NCBI GenBank assembly: GCA_026993265.1
Contig: JALWTY010000226.1
Span: 1 to 43,649 of the forward strand
Length of the DNA stretch: 43,649 nt
From: Desulfobacterales bacterium
Lineage (GTDB): Bacteria; Desulfobacterota; Desulfobulbia; Desulfobulbales; JAJRZW01
Direction of reading: 5' to 3'
A program made the position numbers and the translations under genes. The first letter of the stretch is position 1. Each line of letters opens with the position of its first letter. The notes under the pieces are model-generated. The model had not been told where the DNA came from. It ran no database searches and was given only the letters and a program-made list of their open reading frames with translations. Shown piece by piece: positions 1 to 10,426 of this stretch.

Positions 1-561
1 TTCTCCCGTATTCCGGTCTATTCCGGCTCCATCGACCACATAACCGGCATCATCTATGCAAAGGACCTGCTGCGCCATATCCAGGCGGACAACCGGCCGG
101 ACGCGGCCACGCTGGCCCGGCCGGCTTTCTTCGCCACCGAGAACCGCAAGCTCCTCGACCTGCTGCGCGACTTCCAGTCCCGCAAGGTGCACCTGGCCGT
201 GATCACCGACGAATTCGGCGGCGTCCGGGGGATCGTGACCCTCGAGGACGTGCTCGAGGAGATCGTGGGCGAGATCGACGACGAATCCGACGACAGCAAG
301 CCGGTCTGGGAAAGGATGGACGACGACACCATGATCGCCGACGGCAAGGTGCCGCTGCGGGACGTGGAGGAATTCTTCGACGCAGAGCTGCCCGAGGGGC
401 CGTACGAGTCCGCAGCCGGACTGATGCTCCACCGCCTGGGGCATCTGCCCGGCCCGGGAACCACGGTTACGGTCAACGGGCTGCGGATGACGGTGCTCGC
501 CGCCAACAGGCGCAGGATCGAAAAGATCAAGATCAGCCGCATCAGCGAGGAAGGGGAATAA
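1..561 (+). CDS. corC: CorC/HlyC (TlyC) family CBS-domain protein, 3' part; 5' end lies upstream of the window
   Basis: Frame 1 is open from nt 1; the track ORF 187..561 is only the part after an internal Met. The translation FSRIPVY..ITGIIYAKDLL..VHLAVITDEFGGVRGIVTLEDVLEEIVGEIDDE is the CBS-pair plus CorC_HlyC C-terminal signature. The stop TAA 559-561 abuts the lnt start, as in the enterobacterial ybeX-lnt arrangement. Confidence 0.85.
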   Translation, partial: FSRIPVYSGSIDHITGIIYAKDLLRHIQADNRPDAATLARPAFFATENRKLLDLLRDFQSRKVHLAVITDEFGGVRGIVTLEDVLEEIVGEIDDESDDSKPVWERMDDDTMIADGKVPLRDVEEFFDAELPEGPYESAAGLMLHRLGHLPGPGTTVTVNGLRMTVLAANRRRIEKIKISRISEEGE

Positions 562-2124
562 ATGGTTTTCCGTCCCTCCGCATACGGCGGCCTCCCCTTT
601 TCCGCCCGGACGGGGCTTGCCGCGCTGTCGGCTTTTTTTTTGTTCGCGGCCGCGCCCGGTATCTGGCAGTTCTCCCCTCTCGTATGGATCGGGCTCGTCC
701 CGCTGTTTGCCGCCCTTGACGGCTGCGGCCGGAAAAGGGCCTTTGTCCTGGGCCTTTTCTTCGGCCTTGTCCTCTACCTGCTTCTTGTCTACTGGGTGGT
801 GGTGGCCCTGCACCGTTTCGGCGGCCTGCCCTATCCGGCCGCGGTGCTGGTCCTTGTTCTCCTTGCGGCCTACATGGCGCTCTATCCCGCGCTCTTCGCC
901 CTGTTCACCGCGGTTGCGCCGCCCTCTCTCCTCCCCGTCCTGGCCCCGGCCGCCTGGGTAGGGCTGGACTGGCTGCGCTCGATCCTCCTGACCGGCTTCC
1001 CCTGGATGGACCTGGGATACGACCTCTACCGCCAGCCGCAGATGATCCAGGTATCTTCCCTGCTCGGCCACCACGCGGTCACCTTCGCCATCGTCACCGT
1101 TAATGCGGCCGTCTACCGTTTCCTCCGGCGCAGAAAGGCCGCGGGCGCAAGCCGCGGCGAGGCCGCGGCCATGGCCGTTGCCGCGGCGGTGATGCTCGCC
1201 TTCATAACCGGCAATGTCTTGGCCGGAAACACCGTGGAGAAGAAAATAGCGGCTGCGCCAAGAAAGAGAATCGCCATCGTCCAGGGCAACATCCCCCAGG
1301 ACGAGAAATGGAATCCGGACTTTCAGGAAAAAACCCTGGAAAAATACCTGCGGCTCAGCCTCGGCACCGCGGGCGAATCCCCGGAGATAATCGTCTGGCC
1401 CGAGACCGCCCTGCCATTCTACCCGCTTGAATCCCCCATGTGGCGGACTGTCGAGGAAAAACTGCTCGCTCCCGCAGGAGTCACACTGGTCACCGGAGCT
1501 CCGCACCGGGAAAACGGCGCATCCGGCCCCCGTTATTACAACAGCGCCTTCGTGGCCGGGCCGACCGGCATCCGCGGACGCTACGACAAGCAGCACCTGG
1601 TGCCGTTCGGCGAATACGTGCCCCTGCGCAGGCTGCTCTTCTTTCTCTCGCCCGTGGTGGACGCCATCGGCGACTTCACCGCGGGGGCGGGCGGAGATCC
1701 GCTGCCTTGTAAAGGCCTGCGGATTGGGGTATTAATCTGCTTCGAGACCATTTTCCCGGAACTGGCCGCCGAACGGACCAGGAAGGGCGGCGACATGCTG
1801 GTGGATCTCACCAACGACGCCTGGTACGGCATGACCAGCGCTCCGTGGCAGGATCTCGCCATGGCGGTGTTCCGGGCGGTTGAATGCCGCAGGTCCATGG
1901 CCAGGGCGGCCAACACCGGATTCAGCGCCTTCATCGACCCGGCGGGCAGAATGTACCGGGTGTCGCCGTTGTTTGCGCCATACGCCGCGGTTCATGACCT
2001 GCCGGTAATGAAGACTAAGTCGTTCATGGCCTTCGGCCCCGGCGGCAGGTTCGGCCCCGCCTGTTTCCTCGCCGCCGTGGCCATGGTCCTGGCGGCGGCA
2101 AGAAAGAACCGGAACGACGCCTGA
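562..2124 (+). CDS. lnt: apolipoprotein N-acyltransferase
   Basis: 520-aa ORF. The N-terminal half is multi-pass hydrophobic and the C-terminal half is a nitrilase/CN-hydrolase domain (IAIVQGNIPQDEKW, IIVWPETA, VLICFE, NDAWYG). The ATG follows directly after the corC stop. Confidence 0.9.
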   Translation: MVFRPSAYGGLPFSARTGLAALSAFFLFAAAPGIWQFSPLVWIGLVPLFAALDGCGRKRAFVLGLFFGLVLYLLLVYWVVVALHRFGGLPYPAAVLVLVLLAAYMALYPALFALFTAVAPPSLLPVLAPAAWVGLDWLRSILLTGFPWMDLGYDLYRQPQMIQVSSLLGHHAVTFAIVTVNAAVYRFLRRRKAAGASRGEAAAMAVAAAVMLAFITGNVLAGNTVEKKIAAAPRKRIAIVQGNIPQDEKWNPDFQEKTLEKYLRLSLGTAGESPEIIVWPETALPFYPLESPMWRTVEEKLLAPAGVTLVTGAPHRENGASGPRYYNSAFVAGPTGIRGRYDKQHLVPFGEYVPLRRLLFFLSPVVDAIGDFTAGAGGDPLPCKGLRIGVLICFETIFPELAAERTRKGGDMLVDLTNDAWYGMTSAPWQDLAMAVFRAVECRRSMARAANTGFSAFIDPAGRMYRVSPLFAPYAAVHDLPVMKTKSFMAFGPGGRFGPACFLAAVAMVLAAARKNRNDA

Positions 2125-2158
2125 TCCCGAGCAACACAGACAATAGATAAGGAAAAAA

Positions 2159-3272
<1,114 letters not shown>

Positions 3273-4448
3273 TTGAGCCGGGATCGCCGCAAAGAATGCG
3301 CCCACTGCGGCGCCTGCCTCACCGTATGTCCCACCTACAGGGCCACGGGCCGGGAAGACCGCGCGCCCCGCGGCCGGCTGCGGATAATCGAACTGGGGCT
3401 TGCGGGAAAGGCGGCGGAGCGCGGCCTGGCAAGCTGTCTTCTCTGCGGGGCCTGCGAGGAGGCCTGCAGCCGCGGGCTCGACATCACCACGCGAATCGCT
3501 GCGGCGGGAAAGGGGCATGGCGGACTCGCCCCCCGGATGCTGGCCGCGGCCGCGGAATCGGACGCGGCCAGGAACGCCCTTGCACCTCTGGCAAGGCTTG
3601 CGGCCAGAGCCGCGCAGGTCCTGCCGCCCGAGAGCGGCCTGCGGTTGAAACTCGGGCTGCCCGCGGCTGCGGCCCTCCGCACCGCAAAAACGGAGCATGC
3701 CGAAAACGGCATCGCCATCTTCTCCGGTTGCCTCGCCCGCCATCTCGTTCAGGAGATCGAAACCGCCACCGCGGCCATGGAACGCTTCTGCCATGGCCGC
3801 GAACCGGCCATCCCCGGAGAACAGACCTGCTGCGGACTTGCCGCCTGGAGCGCGGGCCGGTTCAGCCGGGCCAGGGAACTCGCAAAACGCAATATCGAGG
3901 TCTTTGCCCGCGCCCAAACCATACTCACACCCTGCGCCTCCTGCTTCCACCAGCTCAGGAGCTATCCCGAACTCCTGGGCGACGACCGGCAATGGCGGGA
4001 CCGGGCCGCCGACTTTGCCGCGCGGGTTGAACCCTTTTCCCGCCGTTTCACCACTCCGGCCGCCATTGCCGCGCTTGCGGGAAACCTCGTCCCCCTGCCG
4101 GAAAAAAAAACATGCCTCTGGCACGACCCCTGCCATCTGCGTTTCCGCCACGGAATCATTACCGAGCCCCGCAGACTACTGAAACTGGTTCCCGGGCTGG
4201 AGCTCCGGGAGTTCGGGCGCGGCCCCCGCTGCTGCGGCATGGGCGGCGCCTTCGGCCTTACTTTTCCGGAACTGTCGGCGAAAATCATCGCTCCCGCGCT
4301 GGCCGAACTCGCCGAACTGGAAGTGTCAACAGTGATAACCTCGTGCAGCGGCTGTTTCCTGCAGTGGCAGCGCCACCGGCAATCATCCGGGCACCGGTTT
4401 GAAGTCCTCCATCCGGCGCTTCTCATCGCCGACCTCCTGCCGCGGTGA
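3273..4448 (+). CDS. (Fe-S)-binding oxidoreductase subunit with 2x[4Fe-4S] ferredoxin motifs and two CCG cysteine-rich domains (GlcF/HdrD/LutA-like)
   Basis: CAHCGACLTVCP and CLLCGACEEAC cluster motifs at the N-terminus. CCG motifs follow (TCCGLAAW, PCASCFHQL, RCCGMGGAFG, SCSGCFLQW). A TTG start at 3273 directly follows the prfB stop; the exact start is uncertain. Confidence 0.75.
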   Translation: MSRDRRKECAHCGACLTVCPTYRATGREDRAPRGRLRIIELGLAGKAAERGLASCLLCGACEEACSRGLDITTRIAAAGKGHGGLAPRMLAAAAESDAARNALAPLARLAARAAQVLPPESGLRLKLGLPAAAALRTAKTEHAENGIAIFSGCLARHLVQEIETATAAMERFCHGREPAIPGEQTCCGLAAWSAGRFSRARELAKRNIEVFARAQTILTPCASCFHQLRSYPELLGDDRQWRDRAADFAARVEPFSRRFTTPAAIAALAGNLVPLPEKKTCLWHDPCHLRFRHGIITEPRRLLKLVPGLELREFGRGPRCCGMGGAFGLTFPELSAKIIAPALAELAELEVSTVITSCSGCFLQWQRHRQSSGHRFEVLHPALLIADLLPR

Positions 4449-4466
4449 ACCTGCAGCATCATTTGA

Positions 4467-4496
4467 TTGACATCCCGCAGTTTCCTTCCGCATAAT
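4467..4496 (+). promoter_or_regulatory. sigma70-like promoter candidate for the chemoreceptor gene (TTGACA-18 nt-CATAAT)
   Basis: TTGACA at 4467-4472 and CATAAT at 4491-4496, 18-nt spacer, about 90 nt upstream of ATG 4588. Sequence match only. Confidence 0.4.
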
Positions 4497-4587
4497 TGCA
4501 ATTGTGCGGCCTGCCCTTGAATCAGGGAACATCAAGCCGGCCGCGGCGCTCGGTGCTGAAAATCAAACACAAAAGGGGAGACAGAAG

Positions 4588-6045
4588 ATGCTCAACCGCC
4601 TGACCTTGGGGGCAAAGATAAACATCCTCCTGGCCGTGTTCCTGGCAATAGGCATCATCAACAGCGGCGTCATCTACACCGTGGTCAAAAAACAGATCGC
4701 AAGGGGCCGGGCGATAAACCTGGCCGGCCGGCAACGGATGCTTACCCAGAAGATGACAAAGGAGGCGCTGATAGTCGCCAATTCCGCCTCTGCCGCGGAA
4801 CACAGCCAGGCCATCGCCAGCCTCGAGTCCACGGTATCCCTGTTCGACACCACCCTCAACGGCCTGCTGAACGGCGACGGGAAACTGGGCCTTGAAAAAA
4901 CGGAGGACGAGGCCATCCGCGCAAGGCTGCTCGAGGTCCAGGATCTGTGGCGCAGCTTTGCGGCGGACATTAAGACCATCGAGAGCGCCGACCCCTCCTC
5001 GGACGGCTTTGCCAGGGCGCTCGCCGCGGTCAAGGCCAACAACATACCCCTGCTCAAGACCATGAACCAGGCGGTGCTGCTGTTCGAAAAACGCAACAAC
5101 CTGAACACGGTGCTCCTGATCCAGGGCGTCCTTCTCCTCGTCCTCGTCTGCGTGACGGCGGCCGCCTGGTTCCTGATCAGAAACGGTGTCATCGCGCCGC
5201 TCAAGGAGCTGTCATCGGTGCTCGGCGCAAGTTCCGGCAATATCGACACCCTGTCGGCATCGGTGGCCAACACGGCCGAGAACCTGGCCGACCAGTCATC
5301 CAACCAGGCGGCAACGGCCGAGGAGTCCTCCGCCGCCCTCGAGGAAATCACCGGCATGACCCGCCAGAACGCCGAGCACACCTCCAGGGCGGACAAGGAG
5401 ATGCAGCAGACCAAGGACATCACGGAAAAGGCCAACATCTTCATGGAAGAGCTGAACCGCTCCATGGCCGACATCCTCACCGCCAGCGAGGAGACCCAGA
5501 AGATCGTGAAAACCATAGACGAAATCGCTTTCCAGACCAATCTGCTATCCCTGAACGCGGCGGTCGAGGCGGCCAGGGCCGGCGAGGCCGGGGCCGGGTT
5601 CGCGGTGGTGGCCGATGAGGTCAGGAACCTGGCCCTGCGCTCGGCGGACTCGGCCAAGAACACGGCCGAGCTGATCGACAACATCGTCCAGAAGATCCGC
5701 GGCGGCTCCGACCTGGTCCAGAAGGCGACCGACGCCTTCCAGGAGGTTTCCGAAGGCGCGAGCAAGGTGGCGGTGCTCCTGAGCGAGATCACAACGGCCA
5801 ACAACGAGCAGTCGCTCGGCATCACCCAGATAAGCACCGGAATCCACGAGATGGACAACCTGGCCCAGGACAACGCCGCCACCTCGGAGGAAACCGCCAG
5901 CGCCGCGGCGGAAATGCACAACGAGGCCAAGAACCTCGGCAATATAGTCAAACGGCTGGTGGCCCTGATCGAGGGCGAGGCGGAGGGGCTGCCTGCCCGG
6001 CCGGAAAACGCCCCGGCAGGCAGCGAACGCCTGCTGCCGCAATAG
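4588..6045 (+). CDS. methyl-accepting chemotaxis protein with PilJ/NarX-type periplasmic sensor domain
   Basis: ATG 4588 is preceded by AAAGGGGAG; the track ORF start 4504 is an upstream extension. TM1 is [23 protein letters not shown]-box-like [18 protein letters not shown] second TM follows, then the conserved MCP signalling hairpin ([44 protein letters not shown]). Confidence 0.9.
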   Translation: MLNRLTLGAKINILLAVFLAIGIINSGVIYTVVKKQIARGRAINLAGRQRMLTQKMTKEALIVANSASAAEHSQAIASLESTVSLFDTTLNGLLNGDGKLGLEKTEDEAIRARLLEVQDLWRSFAADIKTIESADPSSDGFARALAAVKANNIPLLKTMNQAVLLFEKRNNLNTVLLIQGVLLLVLVCVTAAAWFLIRNGVIAPLKELSSVLGASSGNIDTLSASVANTAENLADQSSNQAATAEESSAALEEITGMTRQNAEHTSRADKEMQQTKDITEKANIFMEELNRSMADILTASEETQKIVKTIDEIAFQTNLLSLNAAVEAARAGEAGAGFAVVADEVRNLALRSADSAKNTAELIDNIVQKIRGGSDLVQKATDAFQEVSEGASKVAVLLSEITTANNEQSLGITQISTGIHEMDNLAQDNAATSEETASAAAEMHNEAKNLGNIVKRLVALIEGEAEGLPARPENAPAGSERLLPQ

Positions 6046-6065
6046 CCCCACATCCTTGCGTGCCA

Positions 6066-6094
6066 CCGGGCAGGCCGGTTCCGCGCCTGCCCGG
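6066..6094 (+). terminator. GC-rich hairpin downstream of the chemoreceptor gene; possible terminator lacking a U-tract
   Basis: CCGGGCAGG (6066-6074) pairs perfectly with CCTGCCCGG (6086-6094) around an 11-nt loop, 20 nt after the stop codon. No T-run follows, so termination is not assured. Confidence 0.3.
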
Positions 6095-6206
6095 CGCAGC
6101 ACCGCCGCACAGCGTCGGCCTTGGTGCTGATACTGTCTCCTGCCCCCCGGCTCCTGTTTCCTGATACGCATCCGGCACGCTACCGAACGCTCACGCATTC
6201 AGGCCC

Positions 6207-6233
6207 TTGTCAAAACCATATCCGGGTTATAAT
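6207..6233 (+). promoter_or_regulatory. sigma70-like promoter candidate (TTGTCA-15 nt-TATAAT) upstream of the DsbA-like gene
   Basis: TTGTCA at 6207-6212 and TATAAT at 6228-6233. The spacer is only 15 nt (suboptimal). About 100 nt upstream of ATG 6335. Confidence 0.3.
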
Positions 6234-6334
6234 CTTGCATGACTTCATGAGACCGGACGCGGACCGGCCCCTGCCAGAGGCAGCCCGCCGCGCGCTGTCC
6301 CTTTTTCCGCCACCACGCCACAAGAGGTGAACAT

Positions 6335-7183
6335 ATGTCCAGAACCATTGCCATGAACGCCGTCCTCTTCCTGCTGTTGCTGGCCGTCAATCCGGCCGGA
6401 GCCAGGGTGTACAGCACCGTAAACAAAACCACGCCGCTGCCGGCAAGCCCGGTGGACATCGCCATGAGCCAGGACGGGGAGTGGACCTTTGTCCTCATGA
6501 AAGGCGGCAGGCTCGCCATCCACGGCAAGGACGGCAAGCTCAACGACACGGTCATGGTGGACCCGGCGGCGAGCAGCATCGCCCTCTCGGTCACCGGCGA
6601 CCGGGTCATGGTTGCAAGCGGAGCGGGCAAAAAAATGCAGGAGATCCTGATCGACTTTGTCCGCAAGATAGACATCAGCGGCTCGCCCTTTCTCGGGCCG
6701 GAGAACGCGCCGGTCACCCTGGTGCTGTTCAGCGACTTCCAGTGCCCCTACTGCGCCAAGATAGATCCCGAGCTGATGAACCTGCTCGACGAGTTTCCCG
6801 AAGAACTCAAGATCGTTTACAAGAATTTTCCGCTACGCGGCCACCAGTTCGCGGTGCCGGCCGCCCTTTCCGCCCTGGCCGCGGCAAAACAGGGCAAGTT
6901 CTGGCCCTTCCACGACGAGCTCTTTGCCGCGGCCAAGCTCGACATGCCCGCCATCGACGCCATTGCCAGAAAACTCGGGCTGGACATGAAAAAATTCGTC
7001 GCCGACCGCAACAGTGAAGAGGTCAGAAAACAGTTGCAAAAGGATCTGAACGACGGCGGCAAGGCCGGAGTCCGCGGCACTCCCACCCTGTTCATAAACG
7101 GGCGCAAGGTGCGCGACCGCAGCATGGCGTCACTTAAGAAACTCATCCGGGAAGCCCTGACCGAGGCCGGGAAGAACAGGTGA
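6335..7183 (+). CDS. secreted DsbA-family thioredoxin-fold thiol:disulfide oxidoreductase with an N-terminal extra domain
   Basis: Signal peptide [23 protein letters not shown]. CxxC active site in [13 protein letters not shown]-terminal [14 protein letters not shown] (cis-Pro loop region). GAGGTG Shine-Dalgarno before ATG 6335. Confidence 0.85.
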   Translation: MSRTIAMNAVLFLLLLAVNPAGARVYSTVNKTTPLPASPVDIAMSQDGEWTFVLMKGGRLAIHGKDGKLNDTVMVDPAASSIALSVTGDRVMVASGAGKKMQEILIDFVRKIDISGSPFLGPENAPVTLVLFSDFQCPYCAKIDPELMNLLDEFPEELKIVYKNFPLRGHQFAVPAALSALAAAKQGKFWPFHDELFAAAKLDMPAIDAIARKLGLDMKKFVADRNSEEVRKQLQKDLNDGGKAGVRGTPTLFINGRKVRDRSMASLKKLIREALTEAGKNR

Positions 7184-8139
7184 AAAGCCTGACCCTCTCC
7201 TTTGCCGAGCCCGAGGCGGTCTGCCGGCTGTTCGGCGAGCGCAACCGCAACCTCGAGGTGATCGAGGCCGCCATGGACGTCAAAATCGGCCTGCGCGGCA
7301 CCGAGGCGACGATAAGCGGCGCCGACGCCGACGTGGAGGTCACGGCCCGGGCCGTCTCCCAGCTCTACGAGATCATCGCCACCGGCCACCCGGTCTACCC
7401 CCAGGACATCCCCTTCGCCCTCAGGATAGTCAGCCGCCATCCTGCCGCCGACCTGAAAGAGATCTTCCTGGACAAGATCCTCATCAGCGGCGAGCGGGGC
7501 GTGATCGCGCCCAAGAGCATGGCGCAGAAGGCCTACATCGAGGCCATCCGCAACCACGACATCGTCTTCGGCATCGGCCCGGCCGGAACCGGCAAGACCT
7601 TTCTCGCCGTGGCCATGGCCACCGCGGCCCTGACCGGCGGCGAGGCGAAAAAGATCATCCTGGCGCGGCCGGCGGTGGAGGCGGGCGAGCGGCTCGGGTT
7701 TCTCCCCGGCGACATGGCCCAGAAGATAAACCCCTACCTGCGGCCCCTGCACGACGCCCTCTACGTGATGCTCGGCAAGGAGAAGACCACGGCCCTGATC
7801 GAGCAGGAGACGATCGAGATAGCGCCGCTCGCCTTCATGCGCGGCCGCACCCTGAACGACGCCTTCATCATCCTCGACGAGGCCCAGAACACCACCAGGG
7901 AACAGATGAAGATGTTCCTCACCCGGATGGGGTTCAACTCCAGGGCCGTGGTCACCGGCGACGTCACCCAGATAGACCTGCCCGAGGCCCGTCATTCCGG
8001 GCTGGTGCACGCGGAGAGGATCCTGAAAGGGGTGCGCGGCATCGGTTTCTGCCGTTTCACCGAGGCGGACGTGGTCCGCCACCCCCTGGTGCAGAAGATC
8101 ATCGCCGCCTACGAATCCGGCGTGAGGAATAAAGCATGA
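7180..8139 (+). CDS. phoH: PhoH-like ATPase (YbeZ)
   Basis: Walker A GPAGTGKT, Walker [10 protein letters not shown], and the conserved [12 protein letters not shown] motif. GTG 7180 overlaps the upstream stop (GTGA). Confidence 0.9.
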   Translation: MKSLTLSFAEPEAVCRLFGERNRNLEVIEAAMDVKIGLRGTEATISGADADVEVTARAVSQLYEIIATGHPVYPQDIPFALRIVSRHPAADLKEIFLDKILISGERGVIAPKSMAQKAYIEAIRNHDIVFGIGPAGTGKTFLAVAMATAALTGGEAKKIILARPAVEAGERLGFLPGDMAQKINPYLRPLHDALYVMLGKEKTTALIEQETIEIAPLAFMRGRTLNDAFIILDEAQNTTREQMKMFLTRMGFNSRAVVTGDVTQIDLPEARHSGLVHAERILKGVRGIGFCRFTEADVVRHPLVQKIIAAYESGVRNKA

Positions 8140-9302
8140 CCGTGCTCCTGCGTGACGAGTCCGGCGACCGCAGGGTATGCCTCGAGATGGTGCGGCGCGA
8201 CGCCGAACGGCTGCTGGCCGCAGCCGGGATGACGCGGGCCGAGCTCTCCGTGTTCATAACCGGGGACGAGACCATGCGCCGGCTCAACCGCGACCACCGC
8301 GGCCGCGACAAGACGACCAACGTGCTCTCCTGGCCGCAGGACCAGGAACCCGGCCCGGACGGCACCGTCGTCCTCGGCGACATCGTCATCTCAAGCCAAA
8401 CCGCGGCCCGCGAGGCCGGGGAGCGGGGCCAGGGCGTAAACCGGCGGATCCGGCGGCTTCTCGTGCACGGTTTCGTCCATCTCCTCGGTTTCGACCATGA
8501 AAGGGGCGAGGAAGAGGCCGCGCTCATGGAGGCAGAGGAAAAAAAGTACATGAACATGCTGGACAACAGGAGGAAACAGATGGTGTCACTGGCCATAAAC
8601 GTCGATCACGTCGCCACCCTGCGCCAGGCCCGCGGCGGGGCCGAACCCGATCCGGTCGCGGCCGCGGCCGTCTGCGAGCTGGCCGGGGCCGAAGGCATAG
8701 TCGTCCATCTGCGCGAGGACCGCCGTCACATCCAGGAACGGGACGTGCGGCTTTTGCGGCAGACGGTGAAAAGCAAGCTCAACCTGGAGATGGGAGCGGC
8801 CGAGGAGATCATCAAGATCGCCCTGGACATCGGCCCGGACATGGTGACGCTGGTGCCGGAGAAACGGCAGGAACTGACCACCGAAGGCGGCCTGGACGTG
8901 GCCGGACAGGAGAAGAAGATCCAGGACACCGTGGCCCGTTTCCGGGACGCAGGCGTTCCGGTGAGCCTGTTCATCGACCCGGACGAAGGCCAGATCGAGG
9001 CCGCGGTCCGGGTGGGGGCGACCTTCGTGGAGATCCACACCGGCCGCTACAGCGACGCGGAAGACGAAAAGAGCCGGGAAGAGGAGTTCAACCTGATCTC
9101 GGCCGCGGCCGAGACCGCCTTCGAGGCGGGTCTGCGGGTCAACGCCGGTCACGGCCTGAACTACCTGAACACCGCGCCGGTGGCGGCCCTGCCCACGGTG
9201 GAGGAGCTGTCCATCGGCCACGCGGTCATGGCCCGGGCGATCATGGTCGGGCTGGATGCGGCGGTGCGGGAGATGCGGGAGATAATCCGCGCGGCCTCCT
9301 GA
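8136..9302 (+). CDS. ybeY-pdxJ: single uninterrupted ORF encoding YbeY endoribonuclease (aa 1-148) fused in frame to pyridoxine 5'-phosphate synthase PdxJ (aa 149-388)
   Basis: The N-terminal part carries the YbeY zinc motif [11 protein letters not shown]. From Met149 (ATG 8580, preceded by AGGAGG at about 8570) the sequence is a full-length PdxJ ([59 protein letters not shown]). No stop codon separates the two parts. Confidence 0.85.
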   Translation: MTVLLRDESGDRRVCLEMVRRDAERLLAAAGMTRAELSVFITGDETMRRLNRDHRGRDKTTNVLSWPQDQEPGPDGTVVLGDIVISSQTAAREAGERGQGVNRRIRRLLVHGFVHLLGFDHERGEEEAALMEAEEKKYMNMLDNRRKQMVSLAINVDHVATLRQARGGAEPDPVAAAAVCELAGAEGIVVHLREDRRHIQERDVRLLRQTVKSKLNLEMGAAEEIIKIALDIGPDMVTLVPEKRQELTTEGGLDVAGQEKKIQDTVARFRDAGVPVSLFIDPDEGQIEAAVRVGATFVEIHTGRYSDAEDEKSREEEFNLISAAAETAFEAGLRVNAGHGLNYLNTAPVAALPTVEELSIGHAVMARAIMVGLDAAVREMREIIRAAS

Positions 9303-9340
9303 AGGGCCGTTCGGAAACGGGCGCCGCCACCGCGGCCTCC

Positions 9341-10318
9341 TCACGGTCCGGGCGCAACGATGACCATCAGCTCGCCCATCACATCCTTGCCGCCGTCCCG
9401 GCGGATAACGGCGCTGCGGCGGCGCGCCACCCGCATCCCGGCCGTCCGGGCCAGGCGTTCGACATAGGCCGGGGAATGGCCGTAGCGGCCCGAGGGCTTG
9501 AGGACGAAATCGTCGCCGCTGCCGTGCTCGATGGAGACAAGGAGGCAGGCGGCCGGCCGCAGGCGGCGGCAAAGGGCGGCGAAGACCGGGTCGAGGCGGC
9601 CGAGATAGACGCAGACATCGGCCATGACCGCCAGGTCGTACCCCTCCCCGTCCGCCTCGAGAAAGGAGAGCAGATCGCAGCAGTGAAGCTCGTCGTAGAT
9701 CTCCTTTTCCGCGGCCCGGGCGAGCATCCCGGCCGAAACATCCACCCCGGTCAGGTGCTCCGCCCGGTCGCGGAAGGGCAGGCCGGAAAACCCGGTGCCG
9801 CAGCCGAGGTCAAGGCCGCGGGAAAAGGTCCGCGATGCGTCCAGGAGATCGAGTTCCCGGCGCAGGAGCATGGGGGTCTCGTATCCCATGCGTACCAGGC
9901 TTTCGTCGAAACGGGGGGCGTAGGAGTCGAAGAGATGGGCCGCGTACCCCGGCGGCGGCCGGTCGGTGCGCCTGCCGGTGAGGGCGTTTATGATATGGAG
10001 GTTCGAAGGGGTGGTGTCGCCGTGCTCCCGGGCCCGGCGGAAGGCGGCCGCGGCCTCGCCGGCGCGGCCCTGGATGTGGAGCACAACCCCCATTCCGGCG
10101 TGGGCCGCGGCCAGGCCCGGATCGAGCCGCAGGGCCTCCCTGAAACAGGAGATGGCCTCGTCCAGCAGGCCGAGGTCCTTCAAGGCCAGGCCGAGACGGC
10201 AATGGGCCCCGGGGTCCCGGGGGTTTTCTTCGACGATTCCGAGGTAGTACTGCGCCGCCGCGGCCGGGTCGTCCCCATTCCCGGGCCGGCCGCCGGAGCA
10301 AGGATGTTCACACTGCAT
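9341..10318 (-). CDS. SAM-dependent methyltransferase with N-terminal TPR repeats (COG4976-like)
   Basis: TPR-like repeats (AHCRLGLALKDLGLLDEAISCFREALRLDP; AAHAGMGVVLHIQGRAGEAAAAFRRA), followed by SAM-binding motif I LDLGCGTGFSG and the acidic loop DLAVMADV. Confidence 0.8.
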   Translation of the reverse strand: MQCEHPCSGGRPGNGDDPAAAAQYYLGIVEENPRDPGAHCRLGLALKDLGLLDEAISCFREALRLDPGLAAAHAGMGVVLHIQGRAGEAAAAFRRAREHGDTTPSNLHIINALTGRRTDRPPPGYAAHLFDSYAPRFDESLVRMGYETPMLLRRELDLLDASRTFSRGLDLGCGTGFSGLPFRDRAEHLTGVDVSAGMLARAAEKEIYDELHCCDLLSFLEADGEGYDLAVMADVCVYLGRLDPVFAALCRRLRPAACLLVSIEHGSGDDFVLKPSGRYGHSPAYVERLARTAGMRVARRRSAVIRRDGGKDVMGELMVIVAPGP

Positions 10319-10426
10319 GATCCAAAACGGTACGGTGTTGGAACTGTCAAACCGGGGGAGGATAGATAGCGGATTTGCCGGCCCGTGTCAACCTGCCGGA
10401 AAGACAGAAGACAGAATCCGGGCCGC

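Noticed and set aside
4102-4110. A9 homopolymer inside the Fe-S protein gene as a phase-variation switch
   Set aside because: It simply encodes Glu-Lys-Lys-Thr in a housekeeping-type gene. There is no contextual reason to expect phase variation, and A/T runs of this size also occur in lnt and the GT-C gene.
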